A stretch of DNA of 64,000 nucleotides from Deltaproteobacteria bacterium. Its GTDB lineage: Bacteria > Bdellovibrionota_C > UBA2361 > SZUA-149 > JADZAE01. Below, piece by piece: positions 19,758-29,191 of the stretch (its first letter is position 1; each line of letters opens with the position of its first letter). The DNA lies in assembly GCA_020852715.1 (NCBI GenBank), contig JADZAE010000075.1, forward strand, positions 23,960 to 87,959, in the 5' to 3' direction. Position numbers and translations under genes: made by a program. The notes under the pieces are model-generated. The model saw only the letters and a list, made by a program, of their open reading frames with translations, ran no database searches and was not told where the DNA came from.

Positions 19758-19824
19758 TGAGCTTTCTCGATTTCGGCTGACCACTGAGTCAAACTTCGCG
19801 GGTCGAGAGCGTTAATAATTGATT

Positions 19825-21159
19825 TCAGCCAATGTGGTGCTGCAATTCTTGGACAAGCTTATAGTTATCCGAATGACCTGTCATGCGGGCTCTCAATTTC
19901 CCCTGTAACGGCCGGCCTATCAGGAACAAATCCCCTATCGCATCAAGTATCTTATGGCGTGCCAATTCTTCCGGGAAACGTAATTCTGTATTGATTACTT
20001 TATCTTCTCCAATCAAGATAAAATTATTAAGACGTCCACCAGCAGCTAACCCGGCCTTTTGCAGTTTTTCGATATCTTTCATGAAGCCAAATGTACGTGC
20101 CGGAGCTATCTCCGATTTAAAGGTATCTTTGCCATTGAGCTTAAACTCGAAAAGCAGACGTCCTACCGGAGCGGGGTAAATTAACTCATATACGATAGTT
20201 AACCCGTCCTCCGCAGAAGGCTCTAAGCATAGGCTTTCTCCCATTTTGGCCTCGGAGAAATTTAATTCTATCTTCTCCTGCACAGCCAACTCGAACCACT
20301 GACCACCCTGCTCAACGATGCCAATCTCATCAAGCCTGTTACAAATTGTGCTTCCCGAGCCATCAAAAATGGGGACTTCATCATTACATTTAACCAACAG
20401 ATTGGTAATGCGATAAGCGTGTAGCACCGCCATTAAGTGTTCAATCGTTGATACTGTGGCACGATTAGAGCTAAGTGCTGTAGCAAATGCAGTTGTATCA
20501 ACATAATCAACAAATGCCGGAATGGTCTGGGTTTCCCCAATTTTTGAAAAATGGATACCGGAATTTATCGGTAGCGGTTCAAGTACCAATCCGCTTTTCT
20601 GACCGGAGTGTAGACACTGCCCATATAATATTGTGCTTTTAGCAATAGTTCTTTGCCCAAGATTTTTCCCCTTCCATCCGGTGGATAAAACACCACGGTG
20701 ATTCAACAAGCCTAACTTGCCAGAATCATCACCGGATAAATTAATTTCTTTGTGCTTGTTACGTTTCTTCTCTAACGCACGCGAGGCAGAAAATATTACA
20801 CTTTCAATATCAAAGGGTTTTTCGATAAAGTCAAACGCACCGCGTTTCGTGGCTTCTAATGCATTGGAAATAGTGGCGTGACCGGAAATCATGATCACTT
20901 CCGTATCTGGAGAGACCTGTTTAATTTTTTCTAAGGTCTCCACGCCATCCCAACCGGGCATCCAAATATCTAAAAAAACAAGATCAGGATTGTGTTTTTT
21001 AACAGCTTCCAGAGCTGCCTGGCCATCATGAGCGGATAGTGTATCATAACTTTCATCGCGCAGAACACTACTTAGAGAGGTGCAAATACTATCCTCGTCA
21101 TCGACAACTAAAATCAACGGCATTTTTATTTCTGTGGAAGCATTTTCCAGTCTATCCAT
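19825..21159 (-). CDS. lpxC: Response-regulator receiver (NtrC-type REC) domain fused to UDP-3-O-acyl-N-acetylglucosamine deacetylase LpxC
   Basis: The REC domain runs ILVVDDEDS...VFLDIWMPGWDG...IMISGHAT...FDFIEKPFD, with D, S/T and K all present. The LpxC part has TILYGQCLHSGQKSGLVLEPLP, ARTFGFMKDIEKLQKAGLAAGG and HKILDAIGDLFL. GAGG lies 5 nt before the ATG at 21159. Confidence 0.8.
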   Translation of the reverse strand: MDRLENASTEIKMPLILVVDDEDSICTSLSSVLRDESYDTLSAHDGQAALEAVKKHNPDLVFLDIWMPGWDGVETLEKIKQVSPDTEVIMISGHATISNALEATKRGAFDFIEKPFDIESVIFSASRALEKKRNKHKEINLSGDDSGKLGLLNHRGVLSTGWKGKNLGQRTIAKSTILYGQCLHSGQKSGLVLEPLPINSGIHFSKIGETQTIPAFVDYVDTTAFATALSSNRATVSTIEHLMAVLHAYRITNLLVKCNDEVPIFDGSGSTICNRLDEIGIVEQGGQWFELAVQEKIELNFSEAKMGESLCLEPSAEDGLTIVYELIYPAPVGRLLFEFKLNGKDTFKSEIAPARTFGFMKDIEKLQKAGLAAGGRLNNFILIGEDKVINTELRFPEELARHKILDAIGDLFLIGRPLQGKLRARMTGHSDNYKLVQELQHHIG

Positions 21160-21173
21160 GTTACCTCACTCCA

Positions 21174-22487
21174 TTACTTAGTTAGCCCAAAAATCTCTCT
21201 GACGTGGTTGGAATATACTATTGTTTGGGATCTCTCCGGACCAATAGAAAAACCCGATAAAGAACAGCCCATGTATTGTTCAATTTTTTGCAAGTATGTT
21301 TGTGCATTTACCGGCAGATCAAACAAAGAAGTAGCTTTACTGATGTCTTCCTTCCAACCGAGAAATTCCTCATATACTACTTGCACTTTCTCTAAATCGG
21401 TATCCCAATCCGGTTCCACCATTGTTCGACCTTGATATTCATAATGCGTAGCGACTTTTAAAATATCAATTCCGGTTAAAACATCCAATTTGGTTAACAA
21501 TATACTATCAACCCCATTTAAGCGAATAGCGCGACGAAGAAGGGGCAAATCAATCCAACCACAGCGACGAGGGCGTCCCGTCACCGTACCAAATTCATTA
21601 CCCGTAGTCCTAATCTGATCACCGGTTTTGCCCATCTCCTCGGTTGGAAACGGCCCGCCCCCTACTCTTGTACAATAGGCCTTAGAGATTCCCAATACAT
21701 AATCAATGGACTTAGTTCCAATTCCGGCACTAACGCAAGCTTCCGGAGCAATCGTGTGGGAAGATGTAACAAAAGGATAAGTGCCATGCGCAACATCCAA
21801 TAACGTGCCCTGCGCCCCTTCAAAAACAATTGTTTTCTTTGCTGCTATCGCCGCAGTAAGCTCGCGGCTGACGTCGCAAACAAATGGTCTAAGTTTTTGT
21901 GCAATCTGGAGTAACTGCTCTATCTGCTCTTGCGCATTAATATCAAAATTAGTTTCTAAAACTTTACTGCAATATTCCTTGGCATGTTTAATATTACGCT
22001 CAACCAGCGCCCGTAGTTTCGCCTGATCAAATAGATCGCAGACTCTAATCCCGTGACGTCCAACACTGTCCTCATAAGCAGGACCAATCCCCTTTCGTGT
22101 CGTCCCTATCTTTTTCGCGCCACGTTGATTTTCCCGCGCTTCATCAATAGCTTGATGATAAGGCAATATGAGCTGAACTTCAGGAGCAAGCTTCAACCTA
22201 TTTGGCTTTATCTCAATGCCGGTCTTTTCAATGTCCGCGATTTCACTAAGAAAAGCCCAGGGATTTACCACAACGGAGCTTGCTAAAAGACAACAAACAT
22301 TTTCTCTTAAAATACCGGAAGGGATTAGTCGTAAGGCGAATTTTTTACCATCAACAACGACAGTGTGGCCGGCGTTATTTCCACCCTGAAAACGCACCAC
22401 GTATTGGGCATTTTGTGTTAAATAATCTACTACTTTGCCTTTACCTTCATCGCCCCATTGAATGCCGACTATAACACCTACAGACAT
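21174..22487 (-). CDS. purA: Adenylosuccinate synthetase
   Basis: QWGDEGKGK and GIGPAYEDS match, and the full-length alignment is good. Confidence 0.9.
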   Translation of the reverse strand: MSVGVIVGIQWGDEGKGKVVDYLTQNAQYVVRFQGGNNAGHTVVVDGKKFALRLIPSGILRENVCCLLASSVVVNPWAFLSEIADIEKTGIEIKPNRLKLAPEVQLILPYHQAIDEARENQRGAKKIGTTRKGIGPAYEDSVGRHGIRVCDLFDQAKLRALVERNIKHAKEYCSKVLETNFDINAQEQIEQLLQIAQKLRPFVCDVSRELTAAIAAKKTIVFEGAQGTLLDVAHGTYPFVTSSHTIAPEACVSAGIGTKSIDYVLGISKAYCTRVGGGPFPTEEMGKTGDQIRTTGNEFGTVTGRPRRCGWIDLPLLRRAIRLNGVDSILLTKLDVLTGIDILKVATHYEYQGRTMVEPDWDTDLEKVQVVYEEFLGWKEDISKATSLFDLPVNAQTYLQKIEQYMGCSLSGFSIGPERSQTIVYSNHVREIFGLTK

Positions 22488-22508
22488 GCTATTCCTGTAA
22501 ATCAGCTA

Positions 22509-22847
22509 TCACTTATCTTTCTCCGTCACGCGCATTTTTTCTTTTTCTTCGTCAGAGTAACCAACGGCGACTTTCTCATTTAAAGCGACATAATCTTTCC
22601 ATTGATCAGGCATATCTTCATCTTCAAATATAGCCTCTACCGGACACTCTGGTTCACAGGCCCCGCAATGAATGCATTCATCAGGATTGATAATGAGCAT
22701 ACCAATATCCCCGGCGGTTTTCGGGGCCTTTCCTGTTTTCGTGTTTAACTCTTCATTGGGATAGTTATAGAAGCAGTCCACAGGACACACTTCCACACAT
22801 GAACGATCTTTAGATCCAATACATGGCGCAGCGATTACATAAGGCAT
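22509..22847 (-). CDS. fdxA: FdxA-type (7Fe-like) ferredoxin with a ~20-aa insertion
   Basis: [19 protein letters not shown] ... [14 protein letters not shown] match, with an [17 protein letters not shown] loop inserted. Confidence 0.75.
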   Translation of the reverse strand: MPYVIAAPCIGSKDRSCVEVCPVDCFYNYPNEELNTKTGKAPKTAGDIGMLIINPDECIHCGACEPECPVEAIFEDEDMPDQWKDYVALNEKVAVGYSDEEKEKMRVTEKDK

Positions 22848-22872
22848 ATGAACTCCAACGTTATAGTAAATT

Positions 22873-22946
<74 letters not shown>

Positions 22947-23026
22947 ATAAAGACTTAACTCTCAATGGACTCATAGCTACTGCCATATAATAGTTAATAA
23001 ATAAATAGCAGTTTTTTGGTAGCTTA

Positions 23027-24067
23027 TTATTTTTTATATGCCTTGACCGCCGAACGTAGCGGCGCCGGATAACCTTCAATAGTTTTGCAACTATCGTTTT
23101 TATCCAGATAATCAGCCAGACTTTTCACCGATCCATAACAAGTAGAACGTTGCTCGGCTGTTGTAAGTTGCACTTCCGAAAATATTTGAGCATCAACAAA
23201 TCCTGATCGTTCCAACCATGCCTTAATACACTGTGCAGATGGGAGATAATATACATTTCTCATTTGAGCGTAGCGATCGAAAGGGAATAAAGCAAGAGGT
23301 AAATCAGAACTAATTCCCTGACTTTCGACTATAATCAGACCACCGCTAGCCATAGAGTCATAGATATTTCTCAGCATCTCTAGCGGATCTTTCTGATGAT
23401 AGATAATCCCCATACAAAGAACCACATCAAAAAATTGAGGAAACAGATTTATGTCTTCTACGCCTAGGCGTAAAAAAGATAACCTTTTATCTAACAAATA
23501 CTTTTGCGCTAAATGATAAGCGAAGTAAAAACTTTCATATGGTTCAAAACCGACAATAGATTCCGGGTCTAAGGATAGAGCCCTAAACATATAGTAACCG
23601 TTACCACATCCAAGGTCGGCAATTTTTTTACCACGGATATTTTGCAGTTCCGGCACTATGCGTGCCCATTTCATATCGCTACGCCATTCCGCATCCACTT
23701 CTTCTCCAAAATATCGAAATGGCCCTTTGCGCCAGGGCTTTAGTTGGAGAAGCACTTGGATTAAAGCCTTCTGTTCCTCGGCCGTTAAGTCTCCCTCATT
23801 GCCAATAGAAACAATGGACTGGAGATAATCATGATTACAGGAATTACGGGCATTAAGTAGAGAACCATCAGGCAAAGCAGAAAAACTCTCCAATAGATGG
23901 TCCCAAATACCGCGGCCTAAATCATTAACTAAGGGCAAAGCTTTTGCGACAATGGCATCATAATCCAATTGATCATGGTATTTGAGTAGCAAATTAAAAT
24001 CATCGATAATTTGATTTCCTAGGTTAGCGAGCAGCTTTTGGTTGATGTCATTATTGATTAAAGCCAT
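23027..24067 (-). CDS. cmoB: tRNA U34 carboxymethyltransferase
   Basis: LKPWRKGPF and ADLGCGNGYY are CmoB signatures. The length matches. Confidence 0.85.
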   Translation of the reverse strand: MALINNDINQKLLANLGNQIIDDFNLLLKYHDQLDYDAIVAKALPLVNDLGRGIWDHLLESFSALPDGSLLNARNSCNHDYLQSIVSIGNEGDLTAEEQKALIQVLLQLKPWRKGPFRYFGEEVDAEWRSDMKWARIVPELQNIRGKKIADLGCGNGYYMFRALSLDPESIVGFEPYESFYFAYHLAQKYLLDKRLSFLRLGVEDINLFPQFFDVVLCMGIIYHQKDPLEMLRNIYDSMASGGLIIVESQGISSDLPLALFPFDRYAQMRNVYYLPSAQCIKAWLERSGFVDAQIFSEVQLTTAEQRSTCYGSVKSLADYLDKNDSCKTIEGYPAPLRSAVKAYKK

Positions 24068-24238
24068 AAAAATTCAAAAATAGTGAAGGGATACGTTTAA
24101 ACGGTGTCCTTCCGCGGATATCAGCACGCGATCAACGGTATCATGTTAGCAGTTTACAAAGTTAAGCAAACTACTTAATATCCTGATAGCCTTGAGCAGC
24201 GAATATTGCTTGTTAGGGGTTAACAACAAGAGTCTTTA

Positions 24239-24901
24239 TTGTCAAAAACGCACTTTCCGCTAAGGGACGGCTTTCCTATGCATTTAAGGTCATCGCTTAT
24301 TTGTATCTTCGCTATGCTTATAGTCTTCCTCTATGGTTATAAGGGCAATGCTATTTATTCTTTTGCGTCAAAAACGCTCGGTAATGTTCCTACTCAGGTG
24401 ATGACCTACGCCAATTCAGCGCTCTCGGCAGTAGGTCTTTCCAAAACTGAACCGGAATCCACGACCACTGAGATAAAACAACCTCCGTCAACGAAGCCTT
24501 TTGCTCAACAGAAACCCAATGTAGCTGAAAACCGTTTTTCTAATCTGCATGGTACTCCCCCCAAGAACGCAGCTGATAAACAAGGGTTATATTTTGATCG
24601 CTTACGCGAGCAGCTTCGCGAAAGACAAGCAACCGCCAGTGAAGATGAGATGATGGATAACGAACCGGAAGAAGATACCCCACAGGATAACGACGAAACG
24701 GTTGAACCGGTTGCTGATCCATATGCACAATTTAAGAGACCGGCAGAAGCCAACAATCAAAATCCCCAACCTTTTATTGATGCCGAGGACACAGAACCTG
24801 AAGAACTTCAAGAAGATACAGAACCAGACATGGAACCGGAAACAGGAGACGATGAGGTGCAAGAAGAGCCTATCGATAATATAGAAAATGAAGATCTATA
24901 G
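24239..24901 (+). CDS. Membrane-anchored protein with a long disordered acidic (D/E-rich) C-terminal tail
   Basis: A TM helix (LICIFAMLIVFLYGY) is followed by a low-complexity acidic tail ending ...DDEVQEEPIDNIENEDL. Confidence 0.4.
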   Translation: MSKTHFPLRDGFPMHLRSSLICIFAMLIVFLYGYKGNAIYSFASKTLGNVPTQVMTYANSALSAVGLSKTEPESTTTEIKQPPSTKPFAQQKPNVAENRFSNLHGTPPKNAADKQGLYFDRLREQLRERQATASEDEMMDNEPEEDTPQDNDETVEPVADPYAQFKRPAEANNQNPQPFIDAEDTEPEELQEDTEPDMEPETGDDEVQEEPIDNIENEDL

Positions 24902-24918
24902 TCAATCAGGAGAAAATT

Positions 24919-25380
24919 ATGTTTAAAAAACTATCCGGCTTGAGCCACGATGAGATTCGCTTGGATGTTGATAGCAGCGGAAATCCTACCGAAGAAGATT
25001 TGTTAATTGCCACCGGTGTATTGCTGCTACAAATGGCCGGCAGCGATTCCGATTACGCGGCTGAAGAGGTAAAAGCTATTTTCGCCATCATGAAAAATGA
25101 ATTCAATATCCTAGATAATGACGTTAAGCACTTCTTAGGTCAGGCTAATCAACTAAGAAACGACAAGGCCCGAATTGATGAGTTCGTTCAAGTAATCAAT
25201 ACACATTTTTCCACAAAACAACGTATTCGTGTTTTAGCTATGCTCTGGCGAGTAATTTTGGCGGACGGTAAAGTTGATAAATTTGAAACTAACTTTGCTA
25301 TAAAAATGAAGTTTTCTTTAATGCTTACTGACCAAGAAGCAGAACAAGCCAGACAACTAGCATTACAAAAAATGGTCTAA
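24919..25380 (+). CDS. TerB-family (tellurite-resistance TerB-like) protein
   Basis: The length and helical pattern fit TerB (LLIATGVLLLQMAGSDSDYAAEEVKAIF...). Moderate. Confidence 0.5.
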   Translation: MFKKLSGLSHDEIRLDVDSSGNPTEEDLLIATGVLLLQMAGSDSDYAAEEVKAIFAIMKNEFNILDNDVKHFLGQANQLRNDKARIDEFVQVINTHFSTKQRIRVLAMLWRVILADGKVDKFETNFAIKMKFSLMLTDQEAEQARQLALQKMV

Positions 25381-25385
25381 ATATA

Positions 25386-25444
25386 CCTTACACAAAAAGT
25401 TTGAACGGTGTCTTACTGGGTATTACTATTTTTGTGTGCGGTAT
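25386..25444 (-). repeat. Partial Rep-A hairpin copy (CCTTACACAAAAA...TTTTTGTGTGCGGTAT) between convergent genes
   Basis: Its loop is the reverse complement of the copy-2 loop (ATAGTAATACCCAGTAAGACACCGTTCAAAC). Confidence 0.6.
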
Positions 25445-25470
25445 AAAATACATTGCCGAAGAGTACATAA

Positions 25471-25497
25471 GAAAGGGGGCTAACCGCCCCCTTTCTT
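25471..25497. terminator. Rho-independent terminator hairpin (AAGGGGGC-TAAC-CGCCCCCTTTCTTT)
   Basis: A GC-rich perfect stem is followed by a T-run on the minus-strand reading, 20 bp beyond the glgA-like stop. Confidence 0.7.
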
Positions 25498-25516
25498 TAT
25501 CGCCTATTTCTTTCGA

Positions 25517-28189
25517 TTAGGCGCGAGTATTGTTCACGACATCTACTCTACCCCGCAAGAAAGGATATTTACTACCATCTGATAACACGCCGGCAATATG
25601 CTGAAAAACCGCTAGATACCGAGGTATGCGGTGGCTCCAATCATGCTCAGCATGAGCAGCTTCTAACATCAATGATCGGCGAAAATCTGTGCTTCGAGTT
25701 CTTTCGATTGCCCAACAAATCGTATTACGTAACGCTGTGCTGGAATAATCATCAAACAAGAATCCATTGCCTTTACCCGTCTGATCATTAAAGCGATTCA
25801 AGGTAGCCGAAATACCGCCGACATTTCTAGCGATAACTAAATTTCCCGCAGCCAAGGCCTCAAGCTGGGTTAATCCACCCGGTTCAAACCGCGAAGGCAT
25901 TAATGCAAAATCACTGGCTGTAAACACCTCCATAGCAAAGTCATGCGGCATAAAATCAAATATGCCTACTACTCTGCCCGGGAAGCAGCGGCGCAAGTGA
26001 TCGACCATGCCACAAAAATGTTCAGACATATTATCACCATCAACACGTGGCCCGGCAACAATGATCTGCGTATCGCCAAAACGCCTGAGCATATATTCCA
26101 TTACGCTGCAGTTATCTCCCGCAGCATTACCCATCAGTAGCTGAATCCCTTTTTGTTCGACCAATCGACCAACAAGAGAAAGAACTATTTTATTGCCATC
26201 CTGATGCAAGCCAAAATTCTTTTGCATACGAATTTTTGCTGCGTTCTTGTAGCTTAGAAGCTGTTCAAAATAATGCGCTGCATCTTCTGAGCTACCTGCG
26301 GTTACCGTGCGACCAAGATCACGTAAAGCACCTTTCCCTATACGTGTTACAACACGGCGTAAGTCGCGCTGATCAACCCCATTGCTGATACCAAACAAGG
26401 CGTCGCGTTGTTTCCAAATTAAATGGCTTAATCCATCGCTGCCTTCATTGGATAATAACTGTTGTGCATAAGGTTTACTAACTGCGATTACCGCTCCATT
26501 TAAGTGATGAATGGCGGCGGCCGTCATGTTAAAGAAATTTTTCTGATTTGGATCCATCAATCCTTCATAATGGATCGGGTTTAATTCCAACATCGGAAAC
26601 AGACTCTGATTATCATGATGATTGGGGAATCTGCCATGATAATCACGGCCACAATTATGAATTAAGTGAATGGTTTTACAACCACGCAGTTGGTCATTCT
26701 CGCTGTATCTTTGATCAAGCTTTAAGAAAACGGGAATCAAAGCACCGATCCAGTCATTTGACAAGATCAGCTGCGGCTTAATACCATAGGTAGGATTTTT
26801 CATCACCTCCAAGGCACCGCGACAGAGGAAAATTGCACGACGCAATTGCTCATCACCAAGTAAACGCGGATAGAGACGATCTGCGTAGCGACAATGACGA
26901 ATCAAAACAACACGAATCAGTCCGCGCTCAGCAATATAAATATTGGCTCTTACTGAATGCGGCTGTTGTGCCCATTGAGTGGTATTAGCTCTATGCGTTG
27001 GACCAAAAGGGATTTCAATTTCACCGGCATATTTTGGACGAACCAATTCACCGTTAATCATCACCCCCCGACGTAAAGTTGTCTGCGCATCGGCGTGCTT
27101 ATTCCCTTGATTTTGCTCATAAAGCGGGCCAATAAAAGTAACGGGAATTTGGCTTGCTGAAAAGGCATTAAGAAATCCTTCCATTACCTGTGCAATGCCA
27201 CCGAATGTCGCTTGCGGTCCTTCGGGTGATACTAAGACTACTTCACCGACACCGATATTATTGATCGCCGCCGCCAGCACGTTAGCACGCTCTGCCTCTT
27301 TAGATCCGGCGACTGAAGCTGATTGGCGCTTTAAGGCCTCATCATATACTCGCCCCAAAGACTCACAAAGCTTTTCGTTATCTTTAGTCGCCTCAAAAAG
27401 GATTCGGCTTAAATCACGCTTTGGACCATTAAGATACATTTCATGAACTTGGCTCTCCAGCTGACGATAATTGTGAATCTGTCTAACAATCAGCTGCGTG
27501 GCATCAAAGAAATGCTTTTCCCTGACCACGTGTGTCCTTTCAAATAATTCACGGCTATCTTCGTTGATGCGAAATTTCGCATCATGGGTAAAACCATTTC
27601 CCTGCCAAATTTCCTTACCATCACGTGTATCGCGAGCATAACAAGTAGCTCCATACCAACCACGCCTTAAAGGTGGTAAAGACTTTTTAACGTAATAATG
27701 GCCCTCTTCGATGGTGACAATATCATCGGCGGTAATAGACAAATCTTCCCAATTTTCGGGAATATCATCATAGCTACCCCAGCGAACAATCAATTCGGTT
27801 TTACTGAAAATATCTTTATCAATGAAAAAATTTATGTAGTAAATAGCGTCGCTGCCACTGACATTAACATGTCCGTGATCTTCAAAGCGAAAGGCTTCCC
27901 TTAACGCGGGCAAAGCTTTAACGGGCTTTACTCGTTTCCGAGTTAAGGCGCTAATATTGCTTTCTAGCTCGTTCTCGCCTTCAATTACCTTATCAACTAT
28001 GATCTTTACGATTTTCTTTTCGGTAATCGAATCTACTAACGGAGAATCCTCATACATTGCCTTAAGCAAATTCGTATTAACGTGGATATCCTTCTCTATA
28101 ACCTTCGCCGTATTTTCTTGCTTAGACGGATTAAATTCGTTTACGCAAATTGTAATGGCCATGAATTCCTCAAAAATGGCATTCGACAA
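25517..28189 (-). CDS. glgA: Glycogen/starch synthase (GT5) with a ~290-aa N-terminal extension (possible carbohydrate-binding module)
   Basis: The C-terminal FALMPSRFEPGGLTQLEALAAGNLVIARNVGGISATL is the GT5 signature. The KTGGL box is replaced by ATFGGI. Confidence 0.7.
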   Translation of the reverse strand: MSNAIFEEFMAITICVNEFNPSKQENTAKVIEKDIHVNTNLLKAMYEDSPLVDSITEKKIVKIIVDKVIEGENELESNISALTRKRVKPVKALPALREAFRFEDHGHVNVSGSDAIYYINFFIDKDIFSKTELIVRWGSYDDIPENWEDLSITADDIVTIEEGHYYVKKSLPPLRRGWYGATCYARDTRDGKEIWQGNGFTHDAKFRINEDSRELFERTHVVREKHFFDATQLIVRQIHNYRQLESQVHEMYLNGPKRDLSRILFEATKDNEKLCESLGRVYDEALKRQSASVAGSKEAERANVLAAAINNIGVGEVVLVSPEGPQATFGGIAQVMEGFLNAFSASQIPVTFIGPLYEQNQGNKHADAQTTLRRGVMINGELVRPKYAGEIEIPFGPTHRANTTQWAQQPHSVRANIYIAERGLIRVVLIRHCRYADRLYPRLLGDEQLRRAIFLCRGALEVMKNPTYGIKPQLILSNDWIGALIPVFLKLDQRYSENDQLRGCKTIHLIHNCGRDYHGRFPNHHDNQSLFPMLELNPIHYEGLMDPNQKNFFNMTAAAIHHLNGAVIAVSKPYAQQLLSNEGSDGLSHLIWKQRDALFGISNGVDQRDLRRVVTRIGKGALRDLGRTVTAGSSEDAAHYFEQLLSYKNAAKIRMQKNFGLHQDGNKIVLSLVGRLVEQKGIQLLMGNAAGDNCSVMEYMLRRFGDTQIIVAGPRVDGDNMSEHFCGMVDHLRRCFPGRVVGIFDFMPHDFAMEVFTASDFALMPSRFEPGGLTQLEALAAGNLVIARNVGGISATLNRFNDQTGKGNGFLFDDYSSTALRNTICWAIERTRSTDFRRSLMLEAAHAEHDWSHRIPRYLAVFQHIAGVLSDGSKYPFLRGRVDVVNNTRA

Positions 28190-28744
28190 GCATTAATGCT
28201 ATTTCGGAAATGCTGCAAGCTCTGCCGTTAAGAACTCAGTAGCGAATTTGCTTCATGAACCACAACAAACGCAACATCCCACTTCTTCAATCTGACAGTG
28301 CAAAGCAACTCTTTCCTTACTACCCAACGAACTTATAGACGCGCTTTTCAAACCAAAGGGTTCAAAAAAATGCCTATTGAATAAGAAAAAAGTTATCGCA
28401 CCAACTTCGACTACCCCCAGCTAAACAAGGTCAGAAAACTCGAGCATCGTTCCCATAAAAAACCAGTATTTCCTTAGGGCGGATACTACGTTAGTTTGTT
28501 TGCAAACAAAATAGCATTTACAAAACTTTTACATCTTTTTGTTACAAAAACCGACCTCTAGCTGTCAACATGATAGTCCTTAGTTCTTGTACTCACAGAT
28601 TTAGAGAGAATTAAGATCCCTAACTGCGATGGCAATCTATTACCTTTACTTCGGTAGTAATAGCTGGGTGTAAAGTTAAGCTCTCTAAATAGCTATCATT
28701 TAAGCCTTAAGAGGGTTTTAATGTATCCGTTCACGACCTTTACT

Positions 28745-28937
28745 GAGTTTCTATTCAAAAGCCTCCAGAGGAAGCAAGTTTTGCGAAGCAAAACTATGGA
28801 GGGGACGAAGACTAAGCCTTCACAAGATTAGTTGTTTCCGATTATAAAACGACAATAAATAACTATAAATGTTCATATTTGCAATACCTCAGGAACGCTA
28901 TTAGTAATAATCCGTGAAGGCTTACGTTTTAGCTTCG
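28745..28937 (+). repeat. Rep-B element, copy 2 (with distal inverted repeat TAAGCCTTCACAAG / CCGTGAAGGCTTAC)
   Basis: It matches 38316-38520 over about 190 bp and contains the hairpin GTTTTGCGAAGCAAAAC. Confidence 0.75.
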
Positions 28938-29191
28938 TTATCCACAGCTTTACAAATTATATGATTGCTCAAGCGCCAAGCTTTAGTTAATTAAGCCGAA
29001 AGTCTAGCTGGGGATAGCAACATATCTTCCTTAGCGGGATAAGTTATTTAATAAAACAAGGGTATTTGCATATATGCTAATCGATAGTATTTATTGGGCT
29101 TCCCTGATCAAGAATGGCTAATCTGGGAAAGCTTAGTTTTTAGTGATGCACAGCTTTTCCTTCAGAAATATTTGAACTTATTAGGTTATTT

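Noticed and set aside
24095-24145. Additional Rep-A hairpin copy (…AAACGGTGTCCTTCC…)
   Set aside because: Similarity is limited to ~15 nt and the inverted repeat is not preserved.
25943-28196. Plus-strand ORFs inside the glgA-like gene
   Set aside because: They are antisense to a conserved GT5 gene and have no features.
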